The translations under genes were made by a program, and so were the position numbers. This document shows, piece by piece, positions 10,446 through 23,805 of a stretch of DNA of 64,000 nt. The notes under the pieces are model-generated. The model did no database searches and had not been told where the DNA came from. It worked only from the letters and a program-made list of their open reading frames with translations. The DNA comes from Vicinamibacteria bacterium. GTDB taxonomy: Bacteria; Acidobacteriota; Vicinamibacteria; Marinacidobacterales; Marinacidobacteraceae. Each line of letters starts with the position of its first letter. Within the stretch, counting starts at the first letter, position 1. The stretch lies in NCBI GenBank assembly GCA_963422395.1, contig OY729431.1:1120001-1184000 (forward strand), given 5' to 3'.

Positions 10446-11819
10446 ATGGCTCTCGACGCTCGGTGCACCGAGCTGCGAGACGCGATTCGGGAGGAGGGGT
10501 TTCGGCTCGGGTTCTCGGCGGTGGGCTTCGCACCGCCGCGGCTGCCGGAGGCGGGGGAGCGGTTCCGCGAATGGCTGGCCGACGGCCGCCACGGAACGAT
10601 GGGCTGGATGGCCCGCGACCCCGAACGGCGGAGTGATGCCACCCGGAAAAGAGCCCGTTCGGCCCGTCTGGGCAGGTCGGGAAGTTCGGAAGGTCCAGGC
10701 CGCCGCGAACGGACTCGGCGCCGAACCCTCGACCCGAACCTCGAACCCACGCCCGAGGGAACGCCCCGAAGAACAGTCGTCGCCTGCGGTCTGAACTACT
10801 ACGGCGGCCGCGCCGCCGCCGCGCCGCCGGGCGGCGGGGTGGTCTCGCAGTACGCTCAAGGGGAGGACTACCACCGGGTTCTGGAATCGAAACTCCGCGC
10901 ACTCGCTGGATTCGCGGAGTCGCGCGCCGTCGCCTCCGGCCTGCTTCCAGCACGCCCGCCCGGCGGCCCGAGGCGGCTTCCGACGCTCGTGGACCACGGC
11001 CCGCTCCTCGAGAAGGCCTTCGCCGCGCGGGCCGGACTCGGCTGGATCGGAAAGCACTCCAATGTTCTGGCGACCCGCGGCAGCTCCTGGTTCTTCCTCG
11101 GCGAAATCCTCCTCCCGGTGGCCCTTCCGGCGGACGAAGCGCATCCGGACCGCTGCGGCAGCTGTGTCCGCTGCCTGGAGGCATGCCCCACCGCGGCCAT
11201 CGTCGCCCCCTACCTCGTGGACAGCCGACGATGCATCTCCTACCTCACCATCGAACTCCGCGGCCCGATTCCGGTCGAGTTCCGGGAAGCCATCGGCGAC
11301 CGCATCTTCGGCTGCGACGACTGCCAGGATGTCTGCCCCTGGAACCGCTTCGCGGAAAAGACCGCCGAACCTCGCCTGGCACCGATTGCGGACGGCCTCC
11401 ATACCGAGACCCTCGCCGCCCTCCTGCGGCTCACCCCGGAAGAGTTCCGCGCCAGAACCCGAAGAAGCGCCATCCGCCGCGCCGGCTACTCCGGCTTTTT
11501 GCGGAATGTCGCCGTCGCCCTCGGAAACACCGGCGGCCCGGAAGCCTTCGGGGTGCTCCGCGGTGCACTCGACCACCCGGAACCCCTCGTCCGCGGCCAC
11601 GCCGCCTGGGCGATCGCGCGGGTGGATCCGAAGCGAGCGGGCCCGGTGCTCGCCGCTCGCCAGGCCCGGGAAGACGACGACTCCACCTGTCGAGAGATCG
11701 AGGCGGCGCTCCTCGTCTCGGCAGCCGGGAACGGCAGGCCTTCGCCGGAAGATGCTGTCGCAAGCGGAGGCGAGGCGCGGGCAGCTATCCCTCTGGCTGT
11801 ACGGCGGTTGGGTTCGTAG
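10446..11819 (+). CDS. queG: epoxyqueuosine reductase
   Basis: SQYAQGEDYH, LLEKAFAARAGLGWIGK, CGSCVRCLEACPT, CISYLTIE, GCDDCQDVCPWN, HEAT-like C-terminus. Confidence 0.95.
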   Translation: MALDARCTELRDAIREEGFRLGFSAVGFAPPRLPEAGERFREWLADGRHGTMGWMARDPERRSDATRKRARSARLGRSGSSEGPGRRERTRRRTLDPNLEPTPEGTPRRTVVACGLNYYGGRAAAAPPGGGVVSQYAQGEDYHRVLESKLRALAGFAESRAVASGLLPARPPGGPRRLPTLVDHGPLLEKAFAARAGLGWIGKHSNVLATRGSSWFFLGEILLPVALPADEAHPDRCGSCVRCLEACPTAAIVAPYLVDSRRCISYLTIELRGPIPVEFREAIGDRIFGCDDCQDVCPWNRFAEKTAEPRLAPIADGLHTETLAALLRLTPEEFRARTRRSAIRRAGYSGFLRNVAVALGNTGGPEAFGVLRGALDHPEPLVRGHAAWAIARVDPKRAGPVLAARQAREDDDSTCREIEAALLVSAAGNGRPSPEDAVASGGEARAAIPLAVRRLGS

Positions 11820-11868
11820 CTGGGTCCTCGGTCGGGTTTCCGGTCAGGTTCCCAACGAGCTCGCCGGT

Positions 11869-12142
11869 CTAGTTCTCCGCGTCAGCGATGGCGACGACCA
11901 AGCCGAGGTTCCCCCTCGATCATCGAGTCGCGGTTCCGACGGAAGGTGCTGCACTCCTGCTCCTTCGGCCCATCACCGGCTTGCGCCTCGACCGGCGCGG
12001 AGCGCATCGCCCGACTGCAGTAGTGGCTCGTCTCACCGGCGCTGAGGCTCCGGTAGCGGCGCACCTGCCGCCAGTAGAGGCTCACGCTGTCGCTCTCGCC
12101 GGGAGCGAGAGCGAACCGGGCTGGCTGGCGCCGGGCGGGCAT
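11869..12142 (-). pseudogene. sigma-70 (RpoD/RpoS-like) factor fragment, frameshifted
   Basis: DSVSLYWRQVRRYRSLSAGE (region 1.2-like); removing one base in the G5 run (C5 at 11911-11915) gives MIEGNLGLVVAIA (region 2.1-like), then a stop. Confidence 0.6.
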
Positions 12143-12439
12143 TGACAGCCGAACTCCGTCCGGCTAAATCTCGGAGGGTTGCCGATTGGGCCGCAGGGGA
12201 TCATCATGAGGGATTTCGAGATTTTCGTCAGAAGGGTGTGGAGTCGGCTTTCTCACCTCACACACTACGGCCGCCCGAGATCGAGCTCTGGCCAGTGGCC
12301 GGTGTCACTCGGGTCGGAGTGTTGCTGGCTTCGTCCGCAATCGTTCTCTCCCTGGTCCGCTGCAGCGATCCAGCCGGTGTCCCTCAGGCGGTGCCGCCGA
12401 CACTGAATCGCAGCATTCCTCCGGGTCCGTCTCGTCAGA

Positions 12440-12740
12440 CTCGACTTCTCCAGCAGGTCTCGCCGTAGGGATTCTCGTCGGCTTCCCGTTCGGATACCGC
12501 CTGGGGCGATGGCTCGAGCACCGCCTGAAGCCGCGAACGAAGGACTGGACCGCTCTCGGCTTCGTTTCGGGGTCTGCGTTCGTGCTGGCGGTGGTGGTTG
12601 GTCGAGGATTCTTCCCTCTTCCTCGGCGAGGTGTGGGGGTCTGGAGCGCTGGGTCTCTGGAACGGTATCGCCCTCGGCATGAGATTCCAGCCTGGGGGAT
12701 TTCTGCAGGGGAGGACCGCGGCCGAGGATCGAAGATGAAC
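12440..12740 (+). pseudogene. degraded small membrane protein
   Basis: Hydrophobic segments AGLAVGILVGFPFGYRLGRW, WTALGFVSGSAFVLAVVVG, then a frame change to LFLGEVWGSGALGLWNGIALG. Confidence 0.3.
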
Positions 12741-12913
12741 GGAGCGAAGGTCGGCGAAACGCCGGATCGCCGAATCGACTCGGAAAAGGTTCGATCTCGG
12801 CGGCATCTTCCGGATGCCCTTGAGATGCCGGTTTTATCAGTCTGTGGAGCAGCGGGCGGCGGCTCCGATGTTCGGTCCCGGACGCTCGGACCAGACGGGC
12901 GATGCGCCCGCCG

Positions 12914-14314
12914 CTAGCGGCGGATCGCGGCCTGCATTTCCTCGAGAGTGACGAACTTGACGCGGGGGCGGCCCTGGGCCTTGCCGCGGGCCACTTCGAG
13001 GGCGTCGAGAGCCTTCCAGTCGGCGAAGGAGAAATAGTCCGGCGCCCGGCCGGCGACCAGCTGTGCCGCTGCTTCGGCCGAGGGGTGCTCGGGGTGCCAG
13101 TGCCTGCCCTGGGCAACATCCTCGAGTAGCACGCCGACCGTCTCCAGGGCGTCCGGTTTGTTCGTGCCGATCACTCCGGTAGGGCCGCGCTTGATCCAGC
13201 CGGCGCAGTACTGCCCGGTGCGATGCTCGCCGCCGGGAGAATCCAGGACGCGGCCGGAAGCGTGTGGAATCACCCCCCAGTCGTTGCGGAAGGGGACCTC
13301 GGGAAGCGCTACGCCGCGATAGCCGACGGAACGGAATACGAGTCCGGCGTCGAGCTCCTCGAAGCGGTCGGTGGCGCGGGGGCGCACCGTGCCCCGTTCG
13401 TTCCGATAGAGCTCGTTCTTCACCAGCTGCACCCGACCGACGCCGCCATCTTCGCCGGGGAGGAGTTCCACCGGGGATACCAGGAAGCGCACCGTGAGCG
13501 TGCGGGGCTTGCCGGAGCGTTTTTCGGCTGCGTACTGCTGGAGGATCTCCACCTTGCGGGGCGCCGCCTTGTCGGCGCCGGAATCCACCCAGACGCGGCT
13601 CACCGGGTCGAGCGCGGCTTCCTCTTCGAGAACGCGAATGTCGGCGCCTTCGAGTTCGCCGAGTTCCCGGATCTCCGGGTTCGAAAAGGCCGCTTGCGCC
13701 GGCCCGCGCCGGCCCAGCATGTGGATTTCGCGGATCCGGCTCTCCCGGAGCTGTTCGAGCGCGTAGTCCGCAATGTCGGTGGACGAGAGCTCGTCCACCG
13801 AACGGGCGAGCACCCGACAGACATCCACCGCCACATTGCCGACTCCGACGACCGCCACCGACTCCTGCGAGAGATCGAACTCCCGGTCGCGGTAGTCGGG
13901 ATGGCCGTTGTACCAAGCCACGAACTCGGTCGCTGCGTGGCTGCGCGGCAGGTCTTCACCGGGAATCCGCATCGCCCGGTCCACTTGCGCGCCGACGGCA
14001 TAGATCGCCGCGTGGTAGTGGCGGCGAACATCGGCGAGCCGGATGTCGCTCCCGAATTCCACTCCGCCATAGAAGCGGAAGCGGGGGTTCTTCGCCGTGC
14101 GCTCGTAGGCGCGGGTGACCGTCTTGATCTTCTGGTGGTCGGGGGCCACTCCGCCGCGGACCAGGCCGTAGGGGGTCGGCAGCCGGTCGTAGAGATCCAC
14201 TTCGGCGGTGATCCCGTCGGCCTTGAAGAGGTGGTCGGTAGCGTAGAAGCCGGTCGGGCCGGATCCGAAGATCGCGACCCGCAGCGGATGTTCGGGCGTG
14301 CCGGGACTCGTCAT
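12914..14314 (-). CDS. ferredoxin/adrenodoxin-NADP+ reductase (FprA-like)
   Basis: GSGPTGFY, PYGLVRGGVAPDH, FVAWYNGHPD, GVGNVAVD, GRRGPAQAAF, GWIKRGPTGVIGTN. Confidence 0.92.
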   Translation of the reverse strand: MTSPGTPEHPLRVAIFGSGPTGFYATDHLFKADGITAEVDLYDRLPTPYGLVRGGVAPDHQKIKTVTRAYERTAKNPRFRFYGGVEFGSDIRLADVRRHYHAAIYAVGAQVDRAMRIPGEDLPRSHAATEFVAWYNGHPDYRDREFDLSQESVAVVGVGNVAVDVCRVLARSVDELSSTDIADYALEQLRESRIREIHMLGRRGPAQAAFSNPEIRELGELEGADIRVLEEEAALDPVSRVWVDSGADKAAPRKVEILQQYAAEKRSGKPRTLTVRFLVSPVELLPGEDGGVGRVQLVKNELYRNERGTVRPRATDRFEELDAGLVFRSVGYRGVALPEVPFRNDWGVIPHASGRVLDSPGGEHRTGQYCAGWIKRGPTGVIGTNKPDALETVGVLLEDVAQGRHWHPEHPSAEAAAQLVAGRAPDYFSFADWKALDALEVARGKAQGRPRVKFVTLEEMQAAIRR

Positions 14315-14450
14315 TGCGGCGCGGAGTATAGGAGCGCGGCGGCCTCTTTCAGGAAGCCCCGGAATCTCCCTCCCGGAGGCTTCCGGTCTGCCGCACTGCC
14401 GGCCGCGGTGGAGGAGAACCAAGCCAGCCTCGGCACCCCTGCCGGTCGGG

Positions 14451-17609
<3,159 letters not shown>

Positions 17610-17644
17610 GGGCAGGGTGTCCTCGAAGGAAGAAAAGGAACCCG

Positions 17645-19402
17645 TTACCGCCGCGGACGGCGGCGGGCGCGGAGGCGCTCTTCGATCTGCTCCTCGGTGA
17701 GACCGCGCTCGCGGAGGCGCTCGCGGAACGTCTCGATCTCTTCGGCGGTCATCGCATTCCTTCGCGTCCCGTCGGCTGGCTCGGCGCGGGAGGCGGCCGG
17801 ATCCGAGTTCCAGCCGGTGCGGAGACGCTCTTCGATCTGTTCCTCGGTCATGCCCATCATGCGAAGGCGAGTGCGGATCGCCTCCTGGACCTCGGGCGAC
17901 ATCGCTTCGAAGGAGGGCGGCTGCGGCTTCTCGGCCCCGCCTGCCTGGCGCGGCGCGGGAGCCGCCACTCCGTCGTCCGCCGCCGCGGTATCAGCCGCCG
18001 GGGCAGGGGAGGCCGGCGGCGGCGGGGCGGATCCCGACGCGCGGGAGCGAGGAGGTGTTCCGCGTGCAGCGCCGCCGGCCTCCCCCGTTGCCGGGCTTTC
18101 CGGACGGCCCTCCCGAGGGGTGCCGCCAGCCGCCATCGCCGCCAGCCGCTCGTCGATCTGGGCGTCGGTCATCCCGCGCGCCCGCATCCGCTCGCGGCGC
18201 TCGTCGGTCCCATCCGCCGTTCCGTCCGCAGCGCGGCGCGGCGCGGTCGTTTCGGCGCCCGGCCCGGCGAGAATCTGGACCGGAGTGGCGTCGGTGAGCC
18301 CGTCCTGGCCGACCACGATGACCCGATCGTTCGTCTGGAGCCCGCTCGTCACTTCGACCCGTTCCTCCTCCTCGTATCCCAGAGTGATATTCCGGCGGTA
18401 GGCGACGCCGTCTTCGACCACGAACACCGAGTCGGCGAGGCTCTCCAGCGACAGGGCCCGCTTCGGCAGGATCAGCGCGTTCTCGCGCACATCGGTCACC
18501 AGACGTACGGTGGCGAACATCCCGGGGCTGAGCCGGCCCTGCCGATCCACTTCCAGAGTGACCCGAATGGTGCCGGTCGAGGCATCCACCACCGGGCTCA
18601 CCCGCAGCACGCGCCCCTGGAAGCTCTCCTCCGGAAACGCCTCCACCTCGATTCGGGCTGGTTGTCCGACCGAGAGGCGGGTCAGGTCGCGCTCGGGCAC
18701 TCCGATCGTGCAGAGCAGCGGATCGAAATCGGAGATCCGGAAGAGGCGCTGGCCGGGGGTGACCGTCTCCCCGAACTTCACCACCCGCTCGATGATCAGG
18801 CCGTCGAAAGGCGCTTCGACCCGGGTGTAGCCGAACTGGATCCGGCTGCCGTCGAGTTGCGCCCGCGCCGACTCGAAGGTGGAGACCGCAGTGTCGTACA
18901 CCTCCTGACTCACCACCGAGTTCTCGAACGAGGCTCTGGCTCGTTCCAGAGCGCGTTCCGCCTGCTGCAGCGACACCTGGGCGATCTCTACCTGGGCGCG
19001 CGGTTCCGCCTCGTCCACCTGCGCGAGTAGCTGGCCGCTGCTCACCTGCATCCCTTCCTCGGTGCGGAGATCGGTGAGCGGACCGCCGATCCGGGCCACG
19101 ATGTCCACCTCGCGCTCGGCTTCGAGCGTTCCGTTGGTCTCGATGAAGGCCGCGATCTCTCCGGGCAGGATCTCCACGACCTCGACCGGAACCGCCGTTC
19201 CCGAGCTGCTGCCGGCGCCGGACCGGGCGCCGCCGAATCCACCGGGCGGACCTCCCGGCCGGCCGCTCGGACCGCCGGAGGCCGCCTCCCCCTCGTCTCC
19301 CGAGCCGCAGCCGCAGAGCCCGAAGGCGGCGGCGGCGAAGACCGGCAACAGGATGCGGCTCCCCGACGAGCGCCGGGGTTGGGGAAGGCGTGCTTTCGTC
19401 AT
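17645..19402 (-). CDS. RND periplasmic adaptor (MFP) with long C-terminal repeat tail; probable lipoprotein
   Basis: Signal ending LCGC, GTLEAEREV, APFDGLI, SPVVDASTGT, LSPGMFA, then about 200 aa extension. Confidence 0.92.
   Translation of the reverse strand: MTKARLPQPRRSSGSRILLPVFAAAAFGLCGCGSGDEGEAASGGPSGRPGGPPGGFGGARSGAGSSSGTAVPVEVVEILPGEIAAFIETNGTLEAEREVDIVARIGGPLTDLRTEEGMQVSSGQLLAQVDEAEPRAQVEIAQVSLQQAERALERARASFENSVVSQEVYDTAVSTFESARAQLDGSRIQFGYTRVEAPFDGLIIERVVKFGETVTPGQRLFRISDFDPLLCTIGVPERDLTRLSVGQPARIEVEAFPEESFQGRVLRVSPVVDASTGTIRVTLEVDRQGRLSPGMFATVRLVTDVRENALILPKRALSLESLADSVFVVEDGVAYRRNITLGYEEEERVEVTSGLQTNDRVIVVGQDGLTDATPVQILAGPGAETTAPRRAADGTADGTDERRERMRARGMTDAQIDERLAAMAAGGTPREGRPESPATGEAGGAARGTPPRSRASGSAPPPPASPAPAADTAAADDGVAAPAPRQAGGAEKPQPPSFEAMSPEVQEAIRTRLRMMGMTEEQIEERLRTGWNSDPAASRAEPADGTRRNAMTAEEIETFRERLRERGLTEEQIEERLRARRRPRR
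17672..18196 (-). repeat. three about 18-aa intragenic repeats (RxRxRxxGxTxxQIxERL) in MFP tail
   Basis: RERMRARGMTDAQIDERL (~18143-18196), RTRLRMMGMTEEQIEERL (~17822-17876), RERLRERGLTEEQIEERL (~17672-17726). Confidence 0.85.
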
Positions 19403-19436
19403 GGGATTCCTTTGCGGGGACTGCTTCCTCGTCGGA

Positions 19437-22400
19437 TCAGTTCGGCGAAGCGGCCCCCGAGGCTTCGGAGACCGCCTCCGGGGCGGTGGTGAAGGGCCAG
19501 AAGAGGCGCCGCAGATCGTCGGTCACCGCGTAGATCGTCGGTACCAGCAGCAGGGTGAGGAGGGTCGAGGTGGGCAACCCGCCGGCGAGTACCAGGCCGA
19601 TCGGGGCCCAGTTTCCGGCGCGCCCATCGACGGAGCCGAAGAGGCCGGGGAGAAAGTAGGGCGCGGCGAGCGGCAGCAGGCCGCAGAAGGTGGTGAGTGC
19701 GGTCATGATCACCGGGCGCAGCCGGTGCTCGCTGCCGAGGACCAGTGCCTCGTCGCGGGGCATTCCCCGCCGGCGCAGCGAGTTCACCTGGGCGATGAGC
19801 ACGATGGCGTTGTTGACCACGATTCCCGCGAGCAGCACCAGACCCAGCATCGCGGTGTTGCCGAGCGTCTGTCCGGTCAGTTTCAGCGTTACCGCCACCC
19901 CGATGAACGAGAAGGGGATCGAGAACATGATCACCACGGGGTGCAGGAAGCTCTCGAACAGAGCGACCATGATGAGGTAGATCAGCAGCAGCGCGAACGC
20001 GAAGGCGAATCCGGCCGAAGTGAAATCCGCCTGGCCCATGCGGGACCAGCGGTCGAAGCTCCACTCGTAACCGGGCGGCAGGGAGATGTCGGCGAGTGCT
20101 TCCCGGATTTCGCCCATGAGTCGGAAGGAGGCGCCCGGAACGGTGGTGTTGGCGCTGATCGTCAGCTTGGGCCGGCGATCTTCGCGCTCGATGCTGCGCG
20201 GCCCGCTCGTCGTTTCGAAGTTCGCCATCGCCCCGACCGGAACGCTCGCTCCTGCGGTGAACACCGGCATTCGCCGCAGGTGGTCCAGCCGCTCGCGCTC
20301 CTCTTCGGGGTACTGGACCACGATGTCCACCTCGCGGCGGTCGCTCTCGATATTCCCCACCGGACGCGAGGTCAGGGCGCTGCGAACGCTCTGGGCGACG
20401 GCGTTGGTGGACACCCCGCTGGCCAGCGCCCGCTCGGGCCGGACGCTGACATGCAATTCTTCGGACCCGCTTTCGAGCGAGGTGTCCACATCCCGGATCC
20501 AGGGAAGGGTGGAGAGCGACGCGACGACCCGGCCGGCGACCAGTTCGAGCACCTCGAGATCGTCGCCCTTCAAGTCCACCCGGACCCCGCTCCCCCGGCC
20601 CCCCGGACCGCGGCCTCGACTCTGGGCGATCCGGAAGCCCACTCCGGGGAGGGTGGGAAACAGGCCGCGGATCTCGTCGGTGATTTCCTGGACGCTGCGC
20701 TCGGATTCCGCCTCGTCTCGCAGATAGATGTCGAAACGGCGGCCGCCGCCCCCGAAACCGCCGCGGGAACGGCCTCCCCCGCGCCGAAACTCGTATACCA
20801 CATCCGCGATCTCGAGCCCTTCGCGCCGCTCGTCGAGAAGGGCGGCCACCGTCTCCATGACTTCCCGGGTCTCATCCAGCGAGAAGGCTCGAGGCACATC
20901 CACATGGATCGTCACCTGCCGCTCCACGGTGGACTCCTGGCCAGACCGCTCGATCCCCTGATAGAGCGCCCAGGCCACCCAGAGCAGGCCGACCGCGACG
21001 GTGAGCGAGATGGCGCGGTGCTGGAGCGTCCAGCGGATCGTTCGCCCGTAGTAACGGGCGAGGAGCCGCATCGTGCGCGAGTACACGCGCTTCTCGTTTC
21101 GCAGCACGACCCCGGCGGTCATCGGAACCACGGTGAGCGCCACCAGCAGCGAGGCCACGATGACCACGCTCAGGGTGAACCCGAAGTCGGTGAAGATGCG
21201 GAAGAAGCCGCCCATCGTGGCCCCGAGGAAGATCAGCGGGACGAACACGCACATCGTGGTGGCGGCGCCCGCGATGATGGGCATGGTGACCGCCGAGGCG
21301 CCGAGGATCGCCGCCGTGCGCGAATCCTCCCGATGCTCGGTGAAGTGGCGCGAGATGGAGTCGATGACCACGATCGCCGGATCGGCGAGCATCCCCACCG
21401 CCACCATCAGCCCGAAGAGGCTGATCACATTCAGGGTGGTGTCCACCAGACCCGCCTGCCGCGCCAGATAGAGGATGACGAAAGTGGTGATGATGGAGAG
21501 CGGGATCGCCACCGCGACGAGCAGGGTGGTGCGAACCTTCTGCAAGAACAGCAGCAGGATCAGGATGGCGAGCGTCCCCCCGAAGACCCCCGCCCAGGTG
21601 AGTTGCGAAAGCCCGCCGCGGACATCCTCTGAAGAGTCGCGAAGGTAGCGGACATCGATTTCCCGATACCGCTGGAGGTCACCGATCGCGGCCATTTCGG
21701 CCCTCACCCCGTCGGCCACTTGCAGGACATTCGCGGTCGAAGCCTTGTAGATGCGGAAGGTGACCGCTTCTTCGCCGTTCAGGTAGTCGAACGAGTTCTG
21801 CTTCGGGTACGTGTAGGCCACCTCCGCCACATCGCCGACCTGCAGGCCGTCGCCCCCGATCGGAGTCTCGCGGATGTCCTCGGGGCGACGGAACTCGCCC
21901 ACCGTACGGACGATGAGCTTCCGGGATCCGTCGGTGATCGTTCCTCCCGAGATGTTCACATTGCTCTGGCCGAGGACGGAGGCGACCTCCCGCACATCCA
22001 CCTGGAGTGCCGCCATCCGCTGGGGGTCCAGGTTCACCTGCAGCTCGCGCCGCCGGACCCCGCGCGCGTCCACGCTGGCGACGCCTTCGATGCGCTCGAG
22101 GCGCGGCTGCACGATGTCCTCGGCGAAGTCGTAGAGACGCTCGCGCTCCCAGGGCGCCGCCAGGTGGAATTGCAGGATGGGGATGTCGGTGCTCTGGAAA
22201 CGGCGGATGCGGATGCGCTCGATATCGTCGGGAAGCAGATGGCGCACTCGGTCCACGCGGTCGCGGGCTTCGACCACCATCAGATCCATGTCCGCGCCCT
22301 CGTCGAACTCGACGCTGACATTGCCGCTGTTCGCGTTCGCGGTGGCGGTGAGAACCGAGATCCCGGGGATGGTTCCGAGGCTCGCTTCGAGCGGGCGGAC

Positions 22401-22679
22401 GATGAGCCGTTCGGTTTCTTCCGGCGAGGAGGACTCGTAATCCACGCTCACCCAGAGGCTGTTCGAACCGAACGAAGGCAGGAACTCGAGCGGAAGGCGG
22501 GTCAGCGACACATACCCGAGGACGACGAGTCCGAGGGCGATCATGCTCACCGTGACCCGTCGGTCCACTGCGAATCGGGCGAGCGCGCCGCCGCGCTCGG
22601 GCGCCGGTTCCGGAGCGTTCGCTTCATGGCGTCGGTCCGTCTCGGTCTCGGCGATCCCGGTTCGGTCGATCTCGTTCAT
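19437..22679 (-). CDS. second RND efflux transporter permease subunit
   Basis: 1080 aa RND topology; GMLADPAIVVID, ALFES, GIVVNNAIV, RLRPVIMT. Confidence 0.94.
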   Translation of the reverse strand: MNEIDRTGIAETETDRRHEANAPEPAPERGGALARFAVDRRVTVSMIALGLVVLGYVSLTRLPLEFLPSFGSNSLWVSVDYESSSPEETERLIVRPLEASLGTIPGISVLTATANANSGNVSVEFDEGADMDLMVVEARDRVDRVRHLLPDDIERIRIRRFQSTDIPILQFHLAAPWERERLYDFAEDIVQPRLERIEGVASVDARGVRRRELQVNLDPQRMAALQVDVREVASVLGQSNVNISGGTITDGSRKLIVRTVGEFRRPEDIRETPIGGDGLQVGDVAEVAYTYPKQNSFDYLNGEEAVTFRIYKASTANVLQVADGVRAEMAAIGDLQRYREIDVRYLRDSSEDVRGGLSQLTWAGVFGGTLAILILLLFLQKVRTTLLVAVAIPLSIITTFVILYLARQAGLVDTTLNVISLFGLMVAVGMLADPAIVVIDSISRHFTEHREDSRTAAILGASAVTMPIIAGAATTMCVFVPLIFLGATMGGFFRIFTDFGFTLSVVIVASLLVALTVVPMTAGVVLRNEKRVYSRTMRLLARYYGRTIRWTLQHRAISLTVAVGLLWVAWALYQGIERSGQESTVERQVTIHVDVPRAFSLDETREVMETVAALLDERREGLEIADVVYEFRRGGGRSRGGFGGGGRRFDIYLRDEAESERSVQEITDEIRGLFPTLPGVGFRIAQSRGRGPGGRGSGVRVDLKGDDLEVLELVAGRVVASLSTLPWIRDVDTSLESGSEELHVSVRPERALASGVSTNAVAQSVRSALTSRPVGNIESDRREVDIVVQYPEEERERLDHLRRMPVFTAGASVPVGAMANFETTSGPRSIEREDRRPKLTISANTTVPGASFRLMGEIREALADISLPPGYEWSFDRWSRMGQADFTSAGFAFAFALLLIYLIMVALFESFLHPVVIMFSIPFSFIGVAVTLKLTGQTLGNTAMLGLVLLAGIVVNNAIVLIAQVNSLRRRGMPRDEALVLGSEHRLRPVIMTALTTFCGLLPLAAPYFLPGLFGSVDGRAGNWAPIGLVLAGGLPTSTLLTLLLVPTIYAVTDDLRRLFWPFTTAPEAVSEASGAASPN

Positions 22680-23188
22680 GGCGATGCTCCTTCCGGACGG
22701 CGCCGCGTCCGGCTGTCGGCGTCCTTGCCCCCCGACTCCGGAGCCCGGCGGCGCTCCATTCGGGATGCCCAGGAATCGAAGGTGTGGCGTTGGGAATCGG
22801 TCAGGATTTCGCGGATCTGCTCGTGGAAGCGGAGCCGCAGTTCGCGGTAGCGGGCGTGGGTGTCCTCCCAGAACGCCTTCGCTTCCTCACGGTTCGCCTC
22901 GAGGAAGGAGTCCAGCTTCGCCTGCTGCTCGGCGTCGAGAGCGAGCCGGCTCGCCAGCCGCTCCCGAAATTCCGAACTTCTCCGCGGCTCGCTCCGGGAG
23001 GATCTGCCGCTTCTCTCGCGGTCCGTCCGGCGTCCGGCGGCTTCGCTGCGGAGCGGGTGAGCCGAGTGCAGCAGCTGGGTCGCCAGCACGCCCGCGCCGA
23101 AACCCAGGAGCACGAGGAGGAGTGGAGCTAGGCGCCGCCACCGCCGGGCGGCGCGGCCGGCGCCTGCCGGGGAAGCGGCTTCCATCAT
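22676..23188 (-). CDS. membrane-anchored periplasmic helical protein (Spy/CpxP/heavy-metal-sensor-like)
   Basis: One TM (LLLVLLGFGAGVLA), LALDAEQQAKL and ILTDSQR (LTxxQ-like) motifs; stop overlaps RND start. Confidence 0.7.
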   Translation of the reverse strand: MMEAASPAGAGRAARRWRRLAPLLLVLLGFGAGVLATQLLHSAHPLRSEAAGRRTDRERSGRSSRSEPRRSSEFRERLASRLALDAEQQAKLDSFLEANREEAKAFWEDTHARYRELRLRFHEQIREILTDSQRHTFDSWASRMERRRAPESGGKDADSRTRRRPEGASP

Positions 23189-23805
23189 CCTCCCTCCGGT
23201 TCCGTGTCCGAATTCTCGGCGGGGAAGGAAGCACCGAGCGCGATCCGCAGTACCGGCTCGTCGGAGACGGCCGCCGCGGGTCTTGCCTCGGGAGAGGCGG
23301 CGTCGAACCACGCCGAAAGGTCAGCCGAGGCCGGGCCGGAGGCGCCGAGGACCTGCCCTTCCAGCGCGCGCAGGAATTCGCCGGGATCGGCTCCGTCCCC
23401 GTCCAATTCCTCGATCGGCCCCGCACCCGGCTCGGAAAGGATGCCCTGCCAGAGACTGAGTCCGGCGGCCGCGATCGCCACCGCGGCCGCCGCGGCGAGC
23501 CGGAAGCCCAGCTGGCTCCAGGTCCAACGCGGGATGACGGAAACCGTCTCCCGGCGGGATCTCCAGCGGGAGACGAATTCCGGATCGGGCTCGCAGCGGA
23601 TCGCGAGCCGAGCGGACGCCTCGCCGAGCCGGTCGCGCTCGCGCCGGAGTTCCGGATCGTCCGCGAGCTGCCGATCGAGCCGGCGGACCGCCGCGGCGTC
23701 GAGTTCCCCGTCGAGATACGCCGAAAGCGCCGCAGACGACTTCGTGGGCAATTCCCCGGACGACTCTCCGAGCGGGGCTCGGGAGTCGGAACCGAAGCCG
23801 CTCAT
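23185..23805 (-). CDS. anti-sigma factor, single TM
   Basis: LSAYLDGELD...LADDPEL N-domain, TM LAAAAAVAIAAAGLSL; overlaps ECF sigma stop. Confidence 0.8.
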   Translation of the reverse strand: MSGFGSDSRAPLGESSGELPTKSSAALSAYLDGELDAAAVRRLDRQLADDPELRRERDRLGEASARLAIRCEPDPEFVSRWRSRRETVSVIPRWTWSQLGFRLAAAAAVAIAAAGLSLWQGILSEPGAGPIEELDGDGADPGEFLRALEGQVLGASGPASADLSAWFDAASPEARPAAAVSDEPVLRIALGASFPAENSDTEPEGG

